DNA of 64,000 nt, from positions 36,766 through 100,765 of the forward strand of contig JBIOZP010000049.1 of NCBI GenBank assembly GCA_044871225.1, read 5' to 3'. The notes under the pieces were generated by a model that was not told the DNA's origin, searched no databases, and saw only the letters and a list, made by a program, of their open reading frames with translations. Source of the stretch: Solirubrobacterales bacterium (GTDB lineage: Bacteria > Actinomycetota > Thermoleophilia > Solirubrobacterales > 70-9). Every line of letters begins with the position of its first letter. Position 1 is the first letter of the stretch. The position numbers and the translations under genes are program-made. Of the stretch, positions 16,701 to 25,462 are shown piece by piece.

Positions 16701-17755
16701 CCTCCGAACACCCTCCCCCCCAGCCGCAGCAGCGGGCCAAGCGCGGCGAGCGCCGCCTCCGTGGGGCGGCGATCGGTCTCGACTCGGTCGCCGAGCTGCT
16801 CCATCTGCCAGCGCACCGCGTCCTCCAGCGTCTCCTCGTGAGGCCGGGGCGCGAACCCCAGCTCCCTGCGGGCCTTGGTGTTGCGGTACGTCCACCACAG
16901 GGTCGCGGAGCGGACCTCCTCCGGGGACACCGGCAGCGGGACCCCGGCCCGAGCCATCGCCTCCACCGCCAGCGCCGTCGGCCGTCCCGGGAGCTTCACA
17001 GGCGGGTGCTCGCGGCCGGCCAGCCGCGCGAAGTCCGCGAACAGGCGGTCGAAGGTGAAGTTGCGCCCGGAGAGGATGTAGCGCTCGCCGACCTGCCCCT
17101 TCTCGTCGGCGAGCAGGTGGCCCTGCGCGACGTCGCGAACGTCGACGATGTTGATGCCCCCGTCCACGTACACGGGTATGCGGCCGAGCAGGAACCGCCG
17201 AACCAGCGCCATCGAGGTCCCCTTCGGGTCATCGGGGCCGAGCACGAACGACGGGTTGACCACCACCACGGGCAGCCCTTGCGCGCCGAGGCGAAACGCC
17301 TCCAGCTCGGCCTCGTGCTTGGAGTTGGCGTAGGCGATCCCCAGGTGCCCGGCCCGAAACGGCTGGCTCTCGTCCGCCGTCCCCCGCGCCCGCGCGGGCC
17401 CGATGGCCGCGACGGAGGAGGTGTGGACCACCCGCTCGACGCCGGCCGCCAGCGCCTCCTCCATGACCACCCGAGTCCCCCTCACGTTGAGCTCGAAGAC
17501 CGCGTCTCGGTTGCCGGAGCGCATCGAGGTCGTGCCGGCGAGGTGAAAGACCCGTTGCACTCCCTCCAGCGCCCTGCGCACCGAGCGCCGGTCGGTGACG
17601 TCGCCGCCGGCGCGCTCGAAGCGGAGGTCCGAGAGATGGTCGACGGTGGAGCCGCGGCGCACGAGCAGCCGCACGTCGTCGCCGCGGTCGGCGAGCGCCC
17701 GGACCACGTGCGAGCCCAAAAAACCGGTGCCTCCAGTGACGAGGGTCGTGGCCAC
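16697..17755 (-). CDS. NAD-dependent epimerase/dehydratase (extended SDR, dihydroflavonol-reductase/HpnA-like)
   Basis: Rossmann motif VTGGTGFLGSHVVRAL and catalytic YANSKHEAE. GTG 17755 is favoured because it gives a 40-nt divergent gap to degV. The track start at 17836 would overlap degV. Confidence 0.8.
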   Translation of the reverse strand: MATTLVTGGTGFLGSHVVRALADRGDDVRLLVRRGSTVDHLSDLRFERAGGDVTDRRSVRRALEGVQRVFHLAGTTSMRSGNRDAVFELNVRGTRVVMEEALAAGVERVVHTSSVAAIGPARARGTADESQPFRAGHLGIAYANSKHEAELEAFRLGAQGLPVVVVNPSFVLGPDDPKGTSMALVRRFLLGRIPVYVDGGINIVDVRDVAQGHLLADEKGQVGERYILSGRNFTFDRLFADFARLAGREHPPVKLPGRPTALAVEAMARAGVPLPVSPEEVRSATLWWTYRNTKARRELGFAPRPHEETLEDAVRWQMEQLGDRVETDRRPTEAALAALGPLLRLGGRVFGG

Positions 17756-17795
17756 GGGGAACCGTGATAGTAGAGCCGTGATACAAGGGGCCTCG

Positions 17796-18677
17796 ATGAG
17801 TCCCGGGGCGCCCACGGCCGTGGTCACCGACACCACGGCCTACCTGCCGGACGAGATGATCGCCGAGCGCGGCATCCACAGGGTCAGCCTCTACGTGTCG
17901 CTCGAGGGCGAGCAGCGACCCGAGGTGGACATCGATGCCGGCGAGTACGCGGCGTTCTACCAGCGCCTGCGCGACAGCGCGGAGAGCGCGACCACTTCCC
18001 AGCCCTCCGTCGGCGATTTCACCGCGGTGTACGAGCCGTTGCTGGCGGAAGGGCGGGAGATCGTCTCGGTGCACCTGTCAGCCGGGATCTCCGGGACCTG
18101 CGAGTCGGCCCGGCAGGCCCGCCAGCGCCTGGTGGACGAGGGGCGGGGAGGCGAGCGGGTCCACGTGTACGACAGCCGCTCGGGCGCGGGCGGGCAGGGC
18201 CTCGTCGCGTTGGCGGCGGCGGGCGCCGCCGGCGCGGGCGCCAGCGGCACCGAGGCGCTGGCCGCCGCGGAGCGCTGCCGGGAGGCCCTGGAGATGTGGT
18301 TCGCGATCGACACGCTGGAGTACCTGCGAAAGGGGGGGCGGATCGGGGCGGCGCAGGCGTGGCTCGGCTCGGCCCTCCAGATCAAGCCGATCCTGACCCT
18401 GGGGGAGGAGATCACGCCGGTCGAGCGGGTCCGCACGCGCCGGCGCGCGCTCGAGCGGATGGTGGAGTACGCGAGGCGCCGCCACGCAGACGGCGCCGAC
18501 GGGTGGGTGGTCCAGCACATCCAGAACCACGACACGGCGCGGCATCTGGTCGAGGAGTGCCGCGACATCTTCGGTCGCGAGCCGGTGTTCGTGTCGGAGG
18601 TCGGCCCGGTGATCGGCGCCCATGTCGGACCCGGGATGATCGGGGTCGGATCCGTGCCCACCTCCCTCCTCGGCTGA
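17796..18677 (+). CDS. DegV family fatty-acid-binding protein
   Basis: 293 aa from ATG 17796 (MSPGAPTAVVTDTTAYLP). DegV pattern: TSQPSVGDF, HLSAGISGTCESA and LEYLRKGGRIG. Confidence 0.85.
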   Translation: MSPGAPTAVVTDTTAYLPDEMIAERGIHRVSLYVSLEGEQRPEVDIDAGEYAAFYQRLRDSAESATTSQPSVGDFTAVYEPLLAEGREIVSVHLSAGISGTCESARQARQRLVDEGRGGERVHVYDSRSGAGGQGLVALAAAGAAGAGASGTEALAAAERCREALEMWFAIDTLEYLRKGGRIGAAQAWLGSALQIKPILTLGEEITPVERVRTRRRALERMVEYARRRHADGADGWVVQHIQNHDTARHLVEECRDIFGREPVFVSEVGPVIGAHVGPGMIGVGSVPTSLLG

Positions 18678-18712
18678 CCCCCCGCCGGCCCTGTCCGATC
18701 GCTGCCTCGGGC

Positions 18713-19786
18713 TCAGCCGGTCTTCGGGGAGGCCTGTTCGGACACGATGGGCATCTCCTCCCCGTGCCAGAAGCGCCAGTAGTCGCGGATGATGGCCTGC
18801 ACGGCGGCGGCGGCGGGAATCGCGACCAGGGCCCCCAGCACACCCAGCAGCGCTGCTCCGATGAGGATCGCGATGATCACGATCAGGGGATGCAGCTGCA
18901 CCGCCCGTCCGTAGACGTACGGCTGAATCAGGTTGTTCTCGACCTGCTGGTACAGGATCAGCACGGCCACCCAGACGATCAGGCCCACGGGAAAGTGCGT
19001 GAACGCCACCACGATCCCGACCAGGATCCCGCCGAGGGTGGCGCCGACCAGGGGGATCAGGTCGAAGAAACCGAACAGAATCGCGAGCGGGGTCGCGAAC
19101 GGAACTCCGATGATCCGCAGGGTCGCGTAAGTCACCAGGCCCGCCAGCACGCTGATCACGAAGTTCCCGAACACGTAGCCGGCGACCGCGTCAGAGACGT
19201 CGTCGGTGATTCGCCGTACCCGCCGCGCCCGCTCCGGGGATAACTGCCTGTACATGAACTCGAGCATCCGATCGCCGTCCTTGACCAGGAAGAAGGTGAT
19301 CACCAGGATCGAGAAGAGCTGCACGAAGCGGGTGAAGACGCCGACGGTGACGTCCCGCAGGGTCCCGGCCGCGTCCCCGAGCTTGGTCGGCAGCTCCTCC
19401 GCCTGCTGGGTGAGCTTCTCGGTGATCTGGTAGCGATCGTCGTATTCGCGGAAGGTCTTGTTGTTGCGCAGGTCCTCGACGTACCCGGGAAGGTCGCCCG
19501 ACAGGTCCTCCACCCCGTTCACGAGCGGGGGCACGATCAGCAGGCCGATGCCGAAGATGCTGGCGGCGATGCCCAGGTACACGAGCAGAATCGCGATCCA
19601 TCGGGGAACGCTTCGGCGATCGAGCCAGTTGACGGCGGGGGCGATGGCGACCGCGAAGAACAGGGCGATCAGGAGCAAGCCGATGACGTCGCGGATCAGG
19701 TAGGCGAGGTAGAGCGCCCCCACCACCGCCGCCGCCACCAGGACGACCTTCGCCACCGCGCGGCCCGGAACCTGGGCTTGGTCCAT
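18713..19786 (-). CDS. AI-2E family (PerM/UPF0118) transporter
   Basis: 357 aa with about 8 TM segments. Conserved FFDLIPLVGATLGGILVGIVVAF. Confidence 0.8.
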   Translation of the reverse strand: MDQAQVPGRAVAKVVLVAAAVVGALYLAYLIRDVIGLLLIALFFAVAIAPAVNWLDRRSVPRWIAILLVYLGIAASIFGIGLLIVPPLVNGVEDLSGDLPGYVEDLRNNKTFREYDDRYQITEKLTQQAEELPTKLGDAAGTLRDVTVGVFTRFVQLFSILVITFFLVKDGDRMLEFMYRQLSPERARRVRRITDDVSDAVAGYVFGNFVISVLAGLVTYATLRIIGVPFATPLAILFGFFDLIPLVGATLGGILVGIVVAFTHFPVGLIVWVAVLILYQQVENNLIQPYVYGRAVQLHPLIVIIAILIGAALLGVLGALVAIPAAAAVQAIIRDYWRFWHGEEMPIVSEQASPKTG

Positions 19787-19824
19787 CGCCGGGCCAGGCT
19801 AGGCGCGGGTTCGGACGAGGCCCG

Positions 19825-20097
19825 TCAGCGCCTGCGCAGCGCCAGCAGGCCGCCGACCGCGAAGCCGACGACCGCGGCCCCGATCACGAGCTCACGGCGG
19901 TGCTCGCGGACCTGGCGGCGCCAGTCCGTGAGCTCCCCGACCCGCCCGCGGAGCGCTTCCACGGAGCGCGACAGCTCGCCGCGCTGTCGCTCGATGTCGG
20001 CCCGGATCTGGGACGAGCTGCGCCCGGGCGCCCCGGGCGCGGCGCGAGCGACCGGCTCGCCGGCGCCGCTGACGTAAACGTCGGTGCTGCCGTTCAC
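19825..20097 (-). CDS. DUF3618-like small membrane-anchored protein
   Basis: 90 aa. Coiled region IRADIERQRGELSRSVEALRGRV followed by a C-terminal TM helix LVIGAAVVGFAVGGLLAL. ATGA overlap with the upstream gene. Confidence 0.6.
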   Translation of the reverse strand: MNGSTDVYVSGAGEPVARAAPGAPGRSSSQIRADIERQRGELSRSVEALRGRVGELTDWRRQVREHRRELVIGAAVVGFAVGGLLALRRR

Positions 20098-20525
20098 CGG
20101 CGGCCGGCCTCCAGGGTCTCCTTCGTGCGGCGGGCCTCCTCGATCGCCAAATCCGGGGTCGGCGGGGCGCCGGCCTGCATTGCCCGGTAGGCGAAGAAGC
20201 CGACCGCCCCGGCGACGATGAACCAGGCCAACGCCTCGATCATGAACCCGATCCAGACGTTGTCCTCGAAGAACAGGTCGTTGAGGAGCCAGGCGATCCC
20301 GTGCATGAGCATGAACAGCCCGAGGAGCACGAAGACCCCGGCGGCGATCCCCGCCACCGAGCCCTGGACCAGCTTCGAGACCTTCTCGCGGATCTCGGTC
20401 TTGGCCAGCTCGATCTCCTCGCGGATCAGGATCGAGACCCGCTCCGAGACGTCCAGGACGAGCTCCCCGACCGACCTGTCGTCGCGGGGCGGCACGCCCG
20501 TGCCCTGAGTCCCGTCGGGCGTCAT
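20094..20525 (-). CDS. Holin-X / phage-holin-3_6 (DUF1469) family membrane protein
   Basis: 143 aa. Amphipathic LIREEIELAKTEIREKVSKL followed by two TM helices. Confidence 0.6.
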   Translation of the reverse strand: MTPDGTQGTGVPPRDDRSVGELVLDVSERVSILIREEIELAKTEIREKVSKLVQGSVAGIAAGVFVLLGLFMLMHGIAWLLNDLFFEDNVWIGFMIEALAWFIVAGAVGFFAYRAMQAGAPPTPDLAIEEARRTKETLEAGRR

Positions 20526-20526
20526 C

Positions 20527-20661
20527 TCACTCCGGGGGATCTTCCTTGAAGACGCGCATCCAGACCGCGGCGGCCGCCCGGTTCGCCAGCACGCTGGCGA
20601 GGGCCCCCGCGGCGGCCAGGAGCCCGGTCCACATCAGCCTTCGGAGGATCTCGTTGTCCAT
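20527..20661 (-). CDS. DUF4235-like small membrane protein
   Basis: 44 aa: MDNEILRRLMWTGLLAAAGALASVLANRAAAAVWMRVFKEDPPE. Lies 1 nt upstream of the holin-like gene and 2 nt downstream of the hydrolase stop. Confidence 0.5.
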   Translation of the reverse strand: MDNEILRRLMWTGLLAAAGALASVLANRAAAAVWMRVFKEDPPE

Positions 20662-20663
20662 GA

Positions 20664-21950
20664 TCAGCTCGCGGCGGAGTAAATCAGCTTGCCCTCCGAC
20701 CGGTCCCGGCGCGCATCGGCGGTTGAGCCCCCGTCCCCGCTCCCGTACCCGGCCCACCGCTCGAAGAAACCCCGCGTGACGGCATAGAACCAGGTCCCGT
20801 CCACGGCGTCGATCCCTCCGTGCCCGCCGCCGGGAAGGACCCACGTCCGAACCAGCTCGTTCCCCGCGGCCGCCCGCTCGAGCATTCGCGCGTGTTCGAC
20901 CGGGATCACGTTGTCGTCTTCGGGATGAAGGACCAGGACCGGCACCCGAGCGGACCCGATCCACTCGCTCGCGGAGGCCCGGCGCCACAGCTCGTCCGGC
21001 TCGACGCCGTAGTAGGGAGCGGAGATCCGCTCGATGGGGTCCATGAAGTCGTTGACGCCCGCCCAGCGGGCTCCTCGCGTGCGCGAGGTGAGCATCGCCC
21101 AGAAGCCGAGGTTGATCAGGTAGGCCGGGTGGGAAGGAGGCACCCGGCGCGACAGCCGCCGGGCCATCGCCTTGACGTCCGCAGGGGGCGAGATGGCGAC
21201 GATCCCCCCGTCCACGCCCTCCTCGGCGCCGGGGGGATGGCACGCCCCGAGCACAGCCGAACCGCCCAGCGAGATGCCGAGCGCAGCCACGGTGGTCGCG
21301 CCGAGCTGCTTCAGGTAACGCCCGGCGGCGATCACGTCCTCTCCCTCCTTCCACCCGACGGTGGTCGGCGCCTGGCTCGTGAGATTCGTGAGGCCGAAGC
21401 TACGCAGGTCGAGTGCGAGCACGTTGAAGCCCCACTCGTAGTAAGCGCGAACGGCGATCTGCCGCACGTAGTCGAAGCGGCGCGAGGAGAACAGCCCGTG
21501 GACCACGATCAGGCCCGGTCGTCCGGAGTCGCCCTGCAGCCCCACGGTCGCGGCGATGTGCTCGCCGTCAGCGCCCTCGAGGACGTGGTCCGAGAACTGG
21601 GCGGGGTAGGAGTACCCGACGTTGGCCGCCTCCCGGTGCTGGGCGAACACGAAGCTCGAGATGTCGGCCAGTCCCTTTCGCACCAGCGCGGCGTCGGAGC
21701 GGTGCAGGTGGTGAGGAATCGACTCGAGGTCCGCCATCAGCGCGTCCATGGAGCGCGCTCGCGGCTGCGCCACCGGGAGCGGGCCGGGGTCGCCGTCAAG
21801 CCGGGCCAGGGTCCGCCGAAGCGGATCGCTCGCCCTCTGGCCCACGAGCCACCCTGGCAGGCCGATAACGCCGACGCCCAGGTTCACGAGCTTCGCCGCG
21901 CCGTGGAGGACGCGGTCCGAGCGGCGGGAGGTGGCCAGTGACTCCCACAT
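20664..21950 (-). CDS. alpha/beta-fold hydrolase
   Basis: 428 aa. Nucleophile elbow GISLGGSAV, HG oxyanion region VVHGLFSS, and a C-terminal His region (PGGGHGG). Confidence 0.75.
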   Translation of the reverse strand: MWESLATSRRSDRVLHGAAKLVNLGVGVIGLPGWLVGQRASDPLRRTLARLDGDPGPLPVAQPRARSMDALMADLESIPHHLHRSDAALVRKGLADISSFVFAQHREAANVGYSYPAQFSDHVLEGADGEHIAATVGLQGDSGRPGLIVVHGLFSSRRFDYVRQIAVRAYYEWGFNVLALDLRSFGLTNLTSQAPTTVGWKEGEDVIAAGRYLKQLGATTVAALGISLGGSAVLGACHPPGAEEGVDGGIVAISPPADVKAMARRLSRRVPPSHPAYLINLGFWAMLTSRTRGARWAGVNDFMDPIERISAPYYGVEPDELWRRASASEWIGSARVPVLVLHPEDDNVIPVEHARMLERAAAGNELVRTWVLPGGGHGGIDAVDGTWFYAVTRGFFERWAGYGSGDGGSTADARRDRSEGKLIYSAAS

Positions 21951-21980
21951 CGGCTCTGTCTCAGCGGCGCCTGCGGGTGG

Positions 21981-22598
21981 TCATCCGGCGCGCGCCTCGA
22001 GACCGCCGCAGATCGTCTCGACGACCATCTCGCGGGCGCGGTCGAAGTCGGCGTCGCCCCCGGGGATCAGGTCGAACACCCAGCCCGAGAGGAGCTGCTC
22101 GATCGCCCCGTAGAACCACATCGAGGCGAACTCGGGATCGACGTCTTTGCGGAAGTCCCCGGTCCGCTGGGCGTCGGCGACGATCTTGGCGATCATGTCG
22201 TAGGCGCGGCGGATCTCCGGCAGGTGAGTGCGGCCGAACGAGTTCGCGGCCCTGGTCACCTCGACCACGATCACCTTCATCAGGTCGGGCTCGTGACGGT
22301 AGGAGTCGATGATGAACCCGGCCACCGCGTCCAGCTTCTCCCGCGCGCTGATCTCCTGGCCGTCGACCTCCTCGATCGCGCTCAGCAGCAACGACCACCG
22401 CTCGGTGAACAGCTCGTTCAGCACCTGGTCCTTCGACTTGAAGTAGTGGTACACGAGCCCGTACGCCACTCCCGCCTCGTGGGCGATGTCGGAGACCCGG
22501 CAGGCGTGGAACCCCTGCCGGGCGAACACGTGGATCGCCGCGTCCAGGATCTGGCGGCGCTTGTCGACCGGGGGCGCCTTGGCGTCCATCGCGGCCAT
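21981..22598 (-). CDS. TetR/AcrR family transcriptional regulator
   Basis: HTH region RRQILDAAIHVFARQGFHACRVSDIAHEAGVAYGLVYHYFKSKDQVL. ATG 22598 lies 2 nt after the nitrilase-family stop. Confidence 0.85.
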   Translation of the reverse strand: MAAMDAKAPPVDKRRQILDAAIHVFARQGFHACRVSDIAHEAGVAYGLVYHYFKSKDQVLNELFTERWSLLLSAIEEVDGQEISAREKLDAVAGFIIDSYRHEPDLMKVIVVEVTRAANSFGRTHLPEIRRAYDMIAKIVADAQRTGDFRKDVDPEFASMWFYGAIEQLLSGWVFDLIPGGDADFDRAREMVVETICGGLEARAG

Positions 22599-22600
22599 CT

Positions 22601-23440
22601 TCAGACGTGGGCCTCCCGGGGCCACTCGTAGGACTCCGGCCGGCGGTTGGCGAGCGACGGCAGCGTGGCGCGGACCCGGCGCTGCAGCTCGAAGTCGAGG
22701 TCGGCGGCCACGAAGCACTCCTCGTCAGGCGCCTGGGCCAGGACCACGCCCCACGGGTCCACGATCGCGGACCGGCCGTAGGAGCGGTAGTGCGGCGCCG
22801 CCTCTCCGATCTGGTCGGCCGCGACGACGAACGCCTGGTTCTCGATCGCCCTGGCGCGGAGCAGCACGTCCCAGTGGTCCTTGCCGGTGTCCGTTGTGAA
22901 CGCCGACGGAATCGAGAACACCGTCGCGCCCCGGATCGCCAGGATGCGGTAGAGCTCCGGGAAGCGCAGGTCGTAGCAGACCGTGAGGCCCAGGGTCACG
23001 CCGTCGAGGGGGCCCCCGAGGTCCGCCGTCACCGCCTGATCGCCGGGCGCCTCCTGGGCGGACTCGCGGTAGGCGACGCCGCCTACGTCCACGTCGAACA
23101 TGTGGATCTTTCGATAGCTGGCCTCGAGCTCGCCGTCGGGACCGATCAGCGTGGAGGTGTTGAAGGCCTTCTCGTGCCCCTCGGCCCGCTCGGCGATGCT
23201 CCCCGCGACCAGGTGGATCCCGAGCTCGCGCGCCCACCCGCGGGCGGCCGAGATCGTGGGGCCGTCCAGCGGCTCGGCGCCCTCGCTGATAACCGTCGCC
23301 TCGCCGAGTAGGTTCCACTTCTCGGGCAGAACGGCAAGCTCGGCGCCGTGCGCGGCCGCGGCTCGGACCAGGCGCTCGGCGGCCTCGATGTTCCGGGCCT
23401 TGTCGCCCGTCGAGTTGAGCTGTATGGCGGCGGCGCGCAT
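22601..23440 (-). CDS. carbon-nitrogen hydrolase (nitrilase superfamily)
   Basis: 279 aa from ATG 23440 (MRAAAIQLNS). E-K-C triad contexts: LAVLPEKWN, YRKIHMFD and LTVCYDLRFPE. Confidence 0.85.
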   Translation of the reverse strand: MRAAAIQLNSTGDKARNIEAAERLVRAAAAHGAELAVLPEKWNLLGEATVISEGAEPLDGPTISAARGWARELGIHLVAGSIAERAEGHEKAFNTSTLIGPDGELEASYRKIHMFDVDVGGVAYRESAQEAPGDQAVTADLGGPLDGVTLGLTVCYDLRFPELYRILAIRGATVFSIPSAFTTDTGKDHWDVLLRARAIENQAFVVAADQIGEAAPHYRSYGRSAIVDPWGVVLAQAPDEECFVAADLDFELQRRVRATLPSLANRRPESYEWPREAHV

Positions 23441-23516
23441 CTCTCCGGGGCGGATTGACTCACCGGTCAATCCGAGGAGTATAGGTTCGGCCCTGGTCGC
23501 CGCAGGAAGGTCGAGC

Positions 23517-24227
23517 TCACCCGCGCTCGCCACGGTGGCGCTCGAGCTCGGCCACGAGCGACTTGGTGTGCAGGGCGGCGATCAGATCGTTCAGCGGGCC
23601 GATCCCCGCCTCGATTATCTCCAGCGCCCGATCCGGGCTCAGGTCCCCGGCCAGCCGCCGGGTCAGCACGTCGACCTCCTCGGCCACCAGCGGCTCCAAG
23701 GCGCGCTTGTAGCGCAGCGTGTCGTAGACCGTGAACCCAAGCCGCTCGTCGTAGCCGCCGGCGCGAAAGCGGCTGATCGCCTCGACGATCCGCACGTCCG
23801 AGGGGGAGTAGCCGCGCCGGTCCGGGGTCAACACCCCGAGCTCCGCCAGGCGGTCGAGGACCTCGTCGGGAACCTGGTAGCGGTCCCGGACCTCGGTCGC
23901 TGGGATCCGCTCGCGCTCGCCCGCCAGCGCACGCTCGAGGATGCGGTCCTCGAGCTCGATCATCGCCCGCAGGCGCTCCGGCTCCACCTCGTCCCCGTCG
24001 AGCAGGTCGCGGATCACCCGCAGGGGCATGAAGCGCTCCTCCTGGAGCTGCTTGATCAGCCGGATCCGCTCCACGAACTCCGGCGGGTAGTAGGCCATGT
24101 TGCGACTCGTCCTGACCGGGTCCGGCAGCAGGCCCTCGCGAAGGTAGTGGCGGATCGTGGCCACGGGGACGCCCGATCGCTCGGCGAGCTCGGAGATCTT
24201 CAGCAGCTCCTTGGTCGGGGCGCTCAT
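23517..24227 (-). CDS. MerR family transcriptional regulator (long, two-domain form)
   Basis: N-terminal HTH LKISELAERSGVPVATIRHYLREGLL. The second half contains a degenerate MerR-like repeat (GVLTPDRRGYSPSDVRIVEAISRF). ATGA overlap with the CoA-transferase stop. Confidence 0.85.
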   Translation of the reverse strand: MSAPTKELLKISELAERSGVPVATIRHYLREGLLPDPVRTSRNMAYYPPEFVERIRLIKQLQEERFMPLRVIRDLLDGDEVEPERLRAMIELEDRILERALAGERERIPATEVRDRYQVPDEVLDRLAELGVLTPDRRGYSPSDVRIVEAISRFRAGGYDERLGFTVYDTLRYKRALEPLVAEEVDVLTRRLAGDLSPDRALEIIEAGIGPLNDLIAALHTKSLVAELERHRGERG

Positions 24228-25462
24228 CGCAGGAACGGCTCCTGCCGGACGACCTCGCTCGAGCCCAGCGCGCCTCCCTGGTCGATCAGGGCGGTGATCT
24301 GGTCCGGGCCGAGCCCCGCCTCACCCAGCACCTCCTGGGTGTGCTCACCCAGCGCGGGCGCCGGACGGGAGTCGTCGGCCGGCGTTCGAGACAGCTTCAG
24401 CGGCTGGCCCAGGAGGCGCACCTCGCCAAGCCGCGGCTGCTGCACCGTGACCAGCATGTCGCGCGCCCTCACCAGCTCGGAGTCGAGTGCCTCGTCGAGG
24501 CCGAGAACTGGCTCGATCATCGCGTCGTGGCGATCGTTGAAGTCCCGCCACTCATCCCGGGTCCGGGAGCGAAAGACCTCCGCAACCTCGCGCCAGGCGT
24601 CCGAGCCGGGGCGCTCGAACTGCTTCTCGATCAGGTCGGGGCGCTCCACGCCGTTGCAGAAGGCGGCCCAGAACTTGGGCTCCAGGGCGCCGCACGTGAC
24701 CCAGCCGTCGGCCGCCTCGTAGGGGTAGTAGCAGACCAGCCCCCCGTTGAGCTGGCCCTCGCCGCGCCCAGGGGCGCGGCCGTCGCAGAGGTACGCGGCG
24801 GCCACCATCGCCAGCCAGGAGAGAGCCCCGTCCGTCATCGAGACGTCCACGAGCTGCCCCTCGCCCGAGCGTTCGCGCTCCCAAAGCGCCGCCATGACCC
24901 CGAAGGCGGCCATCAGCGCGCCGCCGCCGATGTCGGCGATCTGGCCGGCGGACTGAATCGGCCGCCCCTCGGGCTCCCCGGTGAGGGCGAGCAACCCGGT
25001 CAGGCCGAGGTAATTCATGTCGTGACCGGCCCGGCTCGCATTGGGGCCGCTCTGCCCGTAGCCCGTGATCGCGCAGTAGACGATTCGCGGGTTGACGCGG
25101 CGAAGGTCCTCGTAGCCGGCCCCGAGCCGGTCGAGAACCCCCGGCCGAAAGCTCTCCAGGACCACGTCGTGCCGCGCGACCAGCCGCAGGAAGGCCTCCA
25201 GCCCCGCTTCCGACTTGAGGTCGAGGCGGACCGAGCGCTTGCCCCGGTTCAGCGCCAGGTACAGAGCCGAGCGAGTGCCGAGCGCCTGCTCGGCGTCGGA
25301 GCCGTAGTACGGCGGGGCCCAGCGCACGTAGTCGCCGCCGCCCGTGTCCTCGACCTTCACCACGTCGGCGCCCAGGTCGGCCAGGAGCAGCGAGCAGAAC
25401 CCGCCCGGAAGCAGCCGCGTCAGGTCGAGCACCCGGACGCCGCTGAGTGGGAGCTCGCTCAC
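24224..25462 (-). CDS. family III (CaiB/BaiF) CoA-transferase
   Basis: 412 aa from GTG 25462 (VSELPLSGVRVLDLTRLLPGGFCSLLLADLGADVVKVE). GTGA overlap with the BKACE stop. The 753-aa track ORF is an out-of-frame read-through of the BKACE gene. Confidence 0.85.
   Translation of the reverse strand: MSELPLSGVRVLDLTRLLPGGFCSLLLADLGADVVKVEDTGGGDYVRWAPPYYGSDAEQALGTRSALYLALNRGKRSVRLDLKSEAGLEAFLRLVARHDVVLESFRPGVLDRLGAGYEDLRRVNPRIVYCAITGYGQSGPNASRAGHDMNYLGLTGLLALTGEPEGRPIQSAGQIADIGGGALMAAFGVMAALWERERSGEGQLVDVSMTDGALSWLAMVAAAYLCDGRAPGRGEGQLNGGLVCYYPYEAADGWVTCGALEPKFWAAFCNGVERPDLIEKQFERPGSDAWREVAEVFRSRTRDEWRDFNDRHDAMIEPVLGLDEALDSELVRARDMLVTVQQPRLGEVRLLGQPLKLSRTPADDSRPAPALGEHTQEVLGEAGLGPDQITALIDQGGALGSSEVVRQEPFLR

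Noticed and set aside
19825-20661. The holin-family gene as part of a prophage lysis cassette.
   Set aside because: There is no endolysin, spanin or phage structural gene nearby. The gene is embedded in a chain of metabolic and regulatory genes with host-like GC content and codon usage.
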